This document shows positions 6,143 through 11,123 of a stretch of 11,123 nt of DNA, piece after piece. The translations under genes were made by a program, and so were the position numbers. Origin of the DNA: a bacterium (GTDB lineage Bacteria; Zhuqueibacterota; Zhuqueibacteria; Oceanimicrobiales; Oceanimicrobiaceae). Position 1 is the first letter of the stretch; each line of letters begins with the position of its first letter. The stretch spans positions 1-11,123 of the forward strand of contig JBHHXT010000160.1 in the NCBI GenBank assembly GCA_046757165.1, in the 5' to 3' direction. The notes below the pieces were generated by a model. That model saw only the letters and a list, made by a program, of their open reading frames with translations. It was not told the DNA's origin and made no database searches.

Positions 6143-7057
6143 ATGGCCGGTCATGATCTTTCTGTCCGTTTGTGCGGGGTGCGCGGAAGCTATCCGGTCT
6201 CGGGTCAAAAGTTTGCCCGCTATGGCGGCAACACCTCGTGCATCGAGGTCAGAGCCAAAGGCCATGTCATCATCCTGGACGCCGGCACCGGCATCATCGG
6301 GCTGGGAAACCAACTGCTGCCGGAAATAGAGCAGCACACGCAGAAATCGGGCAAGCCGTTTGTTATCAACATCTTGTTTTCACACACCCACCATGACCAT
6401 ATCCAGGGGCTACCGTATTTCGCACCTGCTTACCAGGACAAATGCGTGGTCAATCTCTACGGCACCCGCACCTTTTCGCAATCCTTACAGCAGATTTTTT
6501 CTGTCTATATGGCGCCGCAATACAGCCCTATCGAGATGGAGGAATTGCACGCGCGCATCAACATCGAGCACATGAACGAGAATGATGTTCTGATTTTTCC
6601 AGCAGGCGCAGATTCTCCGCGGTTGTGCCGGGGCGCTGACTTGCCATCCCCATCGAACCAGGAAGTGGTGGTCAGCTTTCTGCGCAATTATGCCCATCCC
6701 AAGATCGGCACCTTCGTCATCAAAGTTTCCGTCAACGGCAAGAGCGCCGTGTACGCCACGGACACCGAAGGCTATGTCGGCGGCGACGTCCGGTTGAGCC
6801 AGTTTGCCAAGAACGCCAATTTGCTCATCCACGATGCCCAGTACGATGTCGAGCACTACGCCCAGACGCAGGGATTTGGCCATAGTACCTATGAAATGGC
6901 GACCACCGTCGCCCGGGCCGCCCAGGTGGACAATCTGGTTCTGTTCCATCATGACCCCTGCCATGATGACGACAAATTGCACGAGATGGAATCCAAAGCG
7001 AAGGAGCTGTTTGCCAACACGAGCGCTGCGACCGAGGGGCAGGTTTTTCGATTCTAA
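6143..7057 (+). CDS. MBL-fold metallo-hydrolase (RNase Z / cAMP-phosphodiesterase-like, GVRGS...YGGNTSC type), 304 aa
   Basis: GVRGSYP, RYGGNTSC, LDAGTGI, SHTHHDHIQG, YATDTE, IHDAQY, GHS and LFHHDP motifs; GGGAG RBS before ATG 6143. Confidence 0.92.
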   Translation: MAGHDLSVRLCGVRGSYPVSGQKFARYGGNTSCIEVRAKGHVIILDAGTGIIGLGNQLLPEIEQHTQKSGKPFVINILFSHTHHDHIQGLPYFAPAYQDKCVVNLYGTRTFSQSLQQIFSVYMAPQYSPIEMEELHARINIEHMNENDVLIFPAGADSPRLCRGADLPSPSNQEVVVSFLRNYAHPKIGTFVIKVSVNGKSAVYATDTEGYVGGDVRLSQFAKNANLLIHDAQYDVEHYAQTQGFGHSTYEMATTVARAAQVDNLVLFHHDPCHDDDKLHEMESKAKELFANTSAATEGQVFRF

Positions 7058-7073
7058 CCTGAAAATCATGAAC

Positions 7074-7098
7074 CACGAAGTGCTCGAAGGACACGAAG
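7074..7098. repeat. Three 9-bp-period units C(A/T)CGAAG
   Basis: CACGAAG at 7074, CTCGAAG at 7083 and CACGAAG at 7092. Confidence 0.6.
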
Positions 7099-7290
7099 AA
7101 AAAACAAAGTTTTTGAGACTAAGTTTTTGTAAATATCTGTTTGTAATTTTTTTAAGAGCTCGTTTTCCAAATTTGTGAAGTTAATCAGGCTAAGAAATCC
7201 ATATCTGACCAGACCCGACCCTCCAGCTCTCTGACTTCAGACGCCATCAACTTGACTGAGTATTCACCTGCAAAATCTCTGGACACGACC

Positions 7291-7803
7291 ATGAGCGAAA
7301 CACTATCTGACAAGGCCGGTGCCGACAAAACCGTCGCGGCCACACATATCGAAATGACGGAGATCGTTCTGCCAACCGATGCCAATATTCTTGGCAATAT
7401 CCTGGGCGGCAAAGTCATGCACCTGATCGACATCGCCTGCGCCATCGCTGCGCACCGCCACTGCCGCAAGCCGGTGGTGACCGCGTCGATGGATTCTCTT
7501 GATTTCAGGCATCCGATCAAAGTGGGCGAGCTGATCATCGTCAAAGCCTCGGTCAACCGGGCGTTCAAAACCTCGATGGAGTGCGGAGCCAAAGTTTTCT
7601 CGGAGAATCTGCAAACAGGAGAGCGCCGGCATACCAGCACCGCTTACCTGACATTCGTGGCTCTGGATGAAAACAGAAAGCCAACACCGGTCGACCCGAT
7701 CACGCCGGAGACAACAGAGGAACGGCGTCGCTGGGGAGAGGCCGATGTGCGGAGACGGCTGCGCATGAAACAGAAAGAAATCTTGCGCAAGCAAGCTTTA
7801 TGA
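7291..7803 (+). CDS. Hotdog-fold acyl-CoA thioesterase (YciA-like), about 170 aa
   Basis: VLPTDANILGNILGG, IDIACAIAA, VVTASMDSLDFRHPIKVG, TSMECG and AYLTFVALDE motifs. Start at ATG 7291 is inferred. Confidence 0.93.
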   Translation: MSETLSDKAGADKTVAATHIEMTEIVLPTDANILGNILGGKVMHLIDIACAIAAHRHCRKPVVTASMDSLDFRHPIKVGELIIVKASVNRAFKTSMECGAKVFSENLQTGERRHTSTAYLTFVALDENRKPTPVDPITPETTEERRRWGEADVRRRLRMKQKEILRKQAL

Positions 7804-7804
7804 C

Positions 7805-7833
7805 TTGAACTTCAAGTCTATTCTATTTATATT
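7805..7833 (+). promoter_or_regulatory. Sigma70 promoter for the queG operon, with the -35 inside a perfect palindrome
   Basis: TTGAAC (7805-7810), 17 bp spacer, TATATT (7828-7833); palindrome GACTTGAA-C-TTCAAGTC at 7802-7818. Confidence 0.6.
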
Positions 7834-7856
7834 CTTACCGCTTCAAAGGAAGATGC

Positions 7857-8909
7857 ATGTCGCTGACGCAAGCCATCAAAGATAGAGCCGCAGATCTTGG
7901 CTTTGAGTTGGTCGGCATCGCTGCCGTCGAACCCGTTCCTGAGCTCAGCTTCTACAAGGAATGGATCGAGGCGGGATACGCTGGCGAGATGGCTTACCTG
8001 CAGCGCAACGCAGATCAGAGGGCAGATATCACGCAAGTGGTGCCCGAAGCAAAGTCGGTCATTGTTTGCGCCAAGATTTATCATACGCCCTATCCGCTGT
8101 CGACGGAACGCACGGAGACCACAGCGGGTTGGATCTCCCGCTATGGCTGGGGCGATGATTATCATGACGTTTTGCGCCACAAGCTCTTTGAGTTCGTCGA
8201 GTTCATCAAGCGGGCAAGCGCTCAGCAGGTGGTGAGCCGGGTCTATGTCGACACCGGGCCGGTGGTCGACCGCGTGTACGCTAAATACGCGGGCATCGGC
8301 TGGTTCGGCAAAAACACCTGTCTCATCAATCAGACACATGGCTCCTGGTTTTTCCTCGGAGAGATCATCACCAACCTGGAGCTCGAAGCGGACACCCCGC
8401 CGGCAGACCGGTGCGGCACGTGCACGCGCTGTTTGGAGGCCTGTCCGACAGGTGCGCTCGTGGCACCCTATGTTCTGGACTCGCGCTTGTGCATTTCATA
8501 TTTGACCATTGAGCTGAGAGAGGAAATTCCGCCCGAGCTGCGCGACCCGATGGGCAACCACGTTTTCGGCTGCGATATTTGCCAGGACGTGTGCCCGTGG
8601 AATCGGAAAGCAAACCCGGTCACGGACGCGGAGTTCTTGCCGCGTGAGGGCTTGTTCAACCCGGACCTGATGGCGCTGGCGACCCTGAGCCAGGAAGAGT
8701 TCACCGAGAAATTTCGCCGCAGTCCGGTGAAACGCAGCAAGTACAAAGGCTTCTTGCGCAACGTGGCAGTGGCGATGGGAAATTCAGGTGAAGCGAGATT
8801 CTTGTCTATCCTGAGCACGCTGGCGCAAAGCGACGAGCCGATGGTCGCGGAACATGCGCAGTGGGCAAGGGATAAACTTCAAGGTCAGCAAGAGGATAAG
8901 CAATCATGA
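7857..8909 (+). CDS. queG: tRNA epoxyqueuosine(34) reductase
   Basis: GYAGEMAYL, ISRYGWGDDYH, VDTGPV, GIGWFGKN, CGTCTRCLEACPT, CISYLTIE and GCDICQDVCPWN motifs, plus a C-terminal HEAT-like RNVAVAMGN segment. Confidence 0.97.
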   Translation: MSLTQAIKDRAADLGFELVGIAAVEPVPELSFYKEWIEAGYAGEMAYLQRNADQRADITQVVPEAKSVIVCAKIYHTPYPLSTERTETTAGWISRYGWGDDYHDVLRHKLFEFVEFIKRASAQQVVSRVYVDTGPVVDRVYAKYAGIGWFGKNTCLINQTHGSWFFLGEIITNLELEADTPPADRCGTCTRCLEACPTGALVAPYVLDSRLCISYLTIELREEIPPELRDPMGNHVFGCDICQDVCPWNRKANPVTDAEFLPREGLFNPDLMALATLSQEEFTEKFRRSPVKRSKYKGFLRNVAVAMGNSGEARFLSILSTLAQSDEPMVAEHAQWARDKLQGQQEDKQS

Positions 8910-9568
8910 TTATGAATGAAATTCCAATTTTCCCTTTGCCGAACCTGGTCTTTTTCCCGAAGACTTTCTTGCCTCTTCACATTTTTGAAGATCGCTACCG
9001 CCGGATGGTCGAAGATGCGCACACAAGTGAACATCTGATCGGCATGGTTCTGCTGAAAGATGACTGGGAAAAAGACTATTTCGGTGTTCCCGCGGTGCAT
9101 GATATCGCCTGTGTCGGCAAGATTCAACAGATGGAGAAACTGCATGACGGCAAATACAACATCATGCTCTATGGCATGAGCCGGGTCAGGATTCTGAAAT
9201 TCGTGCAAGTCAAGCCCTACCGCATCGCTCAGGTGAAGGTCTTGAAAGAAATCAATTTTGACTATGATGGATTCGACGAAACCTATGAAACAGAGTCATT
9301 CATCGGTTTGCTTCGACGCTATTTCCAGGAGATCGGCGTCGAGCAATTGGATGAATTGCTCAAGCTCCGCACCCGCTCTTTGGAAGCCATCATCAACCAG
9401 ATTGTCTCCATCTTCGACTTCTCCACCCAGGAAAAACAAGACATGTTGGAAATCGATAGTCTCGAACGGCGCTACGAACAGGCCAGGATGTTGATTGAAG
9501 ACCGGCTGGTGAGTATGAAGATTGCCAGGACTGTCAAGATCGTTCCCGAGAACCCAAGCTGGAATTGA
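8906..9568 (+). CDS. Stand-alone Lon protease N-terminal substrate-binding domain protein
   Basis: IPIFPLPNLVFFP...LPLHIFEDRYRRMV, DGKYNIML.G..R and EKQDMLE motifs; no AAA+ or protease domain; ATGA overlap with the queG stop. Confidence 0.92.
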   Translation: MIMNEIPIFPLPNLVFFPKTFLPLHIFEDRYRRMVEDAHTSEHLIGMVLLKDDWEKDYFGVPAVHDIACVGKIQQMEKLHDGKYNIMLYGMSRVRILKFVQVKPYRIAQVKVLKEINFDYDGFDETYETESFIGLLRRYFQEIGVEQLDELLKLRTRSLEAIINQIVSIFDFSTQEKQDMLEIDSLERRYEQARMLIEDRLVSMKIARTVKIVPENPSWN

Positions 9569-9572
9569 CCCC

Positions 9573-10052
9573 ATGACCGTTGAATTTGTTTGCGACCAGT
9601 GTGATAAAGATGTTTTGCTCGACCTTTCTGGCAGCGGAGGACCTCGGACGTGTCCACACTGCCAGAGAACCTACTCCCTCGAGCTTTCCGAGGGCATGCA
9701 AAATGGGGGGTGCGTTGACCGCTGTGTGATTTGCGATCGCGCACATTTTTATGTGCAAAAGGATTTCAACGCCAGGCTGGGCATCACCATCTTTGTGATC
9801 GGTGTCCTGCTGAGCTATCATACCTATTTCCTGTCGCTGGCCGTGGCCACGCTCATCGATGTCATCTTGTACAAGGTGCTGAAAACGGTGACGATCTGCT
9901 ATCACTGCCGCACCATTTATCGCGGCTTTGAAGAAAAGCCGTCGCACCGGGGATTCGACCACGAGCTGGCGATGTCATTGGTTGGAAAAGAACAGAGGGA
10001 GAACGAGCAGCAAGAAAAAGAAACACTTGGTGATATCAACGTCCGAGGATGA
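9573..10052 (+). CDS. Hypothetical Zn-ribbon membrane protein (four CxxC motifs plus a hydrophobic hairpin), 159 aa
   Basis: CDQC, CPHC, CVIC, then FYVQKDFN, a hydrophobic segment LGITIFVIGVLL...LAVATLIDVILY, then CYHC. ATG lies 4 nt after the upstream stop. Confidence 0.8.
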   Translation: MTVEFVCDQCDKDVLLDLSGSGGPRTCPHCQRTYSLELSEGMQNGGCVDRCVICDRAHFYVQKDFNARLGITIFVIGVLLSYHTYFLSLAVATLIDVILYKVLKTVTICYHCRTIYRGFEEKPSHRGFDHELAMSLVGKEQRENEQQEKETLGDINVRG

Positions 10053-10056
10053 TGAC

Positions 10057-10305
10057 ATGATACCCATTACGCTTAGATTCTTCGGCCAGCTGCGGGAGCT
10101 GGCCAACTGCGACGAAGCCGATATCCAGGTTAAGGAAGATACGAAAGTGGAAGACTTGATTTGGCTGGTGGGCGAGCGCTTTCCCAACCTCCGCGAGCAT
10201 CTCGAGTTTGTGAGCATCTCCATCGACAACGAGTACGCGGCCAAGGGCACCGTTCTTCAGGATGGCAATGTCGTGGGCTTGCTGCCCCCGATCAGTGGAG
10301 GGTAG
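10057..10305 (+). CDS. moaD: MoaD/ThiS family sulfur carrier (molybdopterin synthase small subunit), 82 aa
   Basis: ITLRFFGQLRE N-terminus and LLPPISGG C-terminal Gly-Gly; adjacent to moaE. Confidence 0.92.
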   Translation: MIPITLRFFGQLRELANCDEADIQVKEDTKVEDLIWLVGERFPNLREHLEFVSISIDNEYAAKGTVLQDGNVVGLLPPISGG

Positions 10306-10306
10306 C

Positions 10307-10732
10307 GTGGTTGAGCTGACGACAGAGAGAATCGATACAGAACGCATCCTGCGGCAGGTCGAGGACCAGACGTCCGGTGGTGTGGTTCTCTTCCTGGGCC
10401 GGGTGCGCGACCATGCCGACGGACGCCAGGTTGAAAGAATGGACTATGAAGCGTACGCGGAGATGGCGTTGGCCAAACTGCGAGAGCTCGAGGCGAAGAC
10501 GCGACAAAAATGGCCTGTAAAACAAATGGTTATCCTGCACCGCACCGGCACGCTCGAACTTGGCGAAGTCAGCGTAGCCATTGCGGTCGCTTGCGCACAT
10601 CGTCACGAGGCGTTCGAGGCCTGCCGCTACGCCATCGATACGCTGAAAGAAACCGTCCCCATCTGGAAAAAAGAACACTTTGTTGACGGCCAGGCGTGGG
10701 TCAAAGGCGTGGTGCCGAAAGCACGTAACTGA
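10307..10732 (+). CDS. moaE: Molybdopterin synthase catalytic subunit, 141 aa
   Basis: GGVVLFLGRVRD, YEAYAEMA, HRTG.L, HRHEAFEAC and LKETVPIWKKE motifs; GTG start at 10307 with GGAGG at 10297-10301. Confidence 0.96.
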   Translation: MVELTTERIDTERILRQVEDQTSGGVVLFLGRVRDHADGRQVERMDYEAYAEMALAKLRELEAKTRQKWPVKQMVILHRTGTLELGEVSVAIAVACAHRHEAFEACRYAIDTLKETVPIWKKEHFVDGQAWVKGVVPKARN

Positions 10733-10750
10733 GCCAAAGGAACGAAAGCC

Positions 10751-11056
10751 ATGATGGTGCAATTCAGCATCCTGCCGGTCAGCGACAATCGTCATCTCAG
10801 TGAGCCGATCAGCAAAGCGGTGAAGATCGTCCACGACAGCGGCCTCGAATATCGTCTGACCCCAATGGGAACGCTGATCAAAGGAGAGTGGCAGGACGTC
10901 ATGGCCGTCATCAAGAAATGCCACGAGGCCGTGCGCCACGATTTTGACCGGGTCATGACGCACATCAAAATCGATGATGTCAAGGATCATGAGTCGTCTT
11001 TCGATGAAAAAGTGAAATCTGTCGAAGAAAAAACCGGTATTGAGCTGAAAAAATAA
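10751..11056 (+). CDS. MTH1187/YkoF-like (DUF77) thiamine-binding protein
   Basis: FSILPV...LSEPISKAV...SGLEYRLTPMGTLIKGEW...RVMTHIKID...KVKSVEEK pattern; AAGGA RBS. Confidence 0.92.
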   Translation: MMVQFSILPVSDNRHLSEPISKAVKIVHDSGLEYRLTPMGTLIKGEWQDVMAVIKKCHEAVRHDFDRVMTHIKIDDVKDHESSFDEKVKSVEEKTGIELKK

Positions 11057-11123
11057 TGGCCCGCGAAATACTAGTTAGCAGTAATGAAATAAAGTGCTCA
11101 TAATCACGGAATAAGTGGAAGAG

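Noticed and set aside
5045..10990. Numerous antisense and alternate-frame ORFs over the + strand genes
   Set aside because: These are shadow ORFs typical of GC-rich coding DNA and carry no motifs.

Overview
Bacterial chromosomal window, mostly GC-rich coding sequence with AT-richer, repeat-rich intergenic stretches; no rRNA, tRNA or CRISPR array was seen. From left to right: a 5'-truncated MBL-fold hydrolase; a leftward pair of an SCP2-type thiolase-fold protein lacking its catalytic Cys and a DUF35 Zn-ribbon/OB-fold partner; an AT-richer islet with an XRE/cI-like HTH gene and a divergent 67-aa gene that appear to be driven by face-to-face sigma70 promoters; a secreted DUF547 protein whose RBS and start codon are duplicated around a 231-bp MITE-like insert; and a rightward run of mrp/apbC (no CxxC motif, repeat-built structured leader), an MBL hydrolase, an acyl-CoA thioesterase and a tightly coupled queG - Lon-N domain - Zn-ribbon membrane protein - moaD - moaE - thiamine-binding protein operon. 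Family assignments come from motif recognition by eye; no database searches or folding programs were run.
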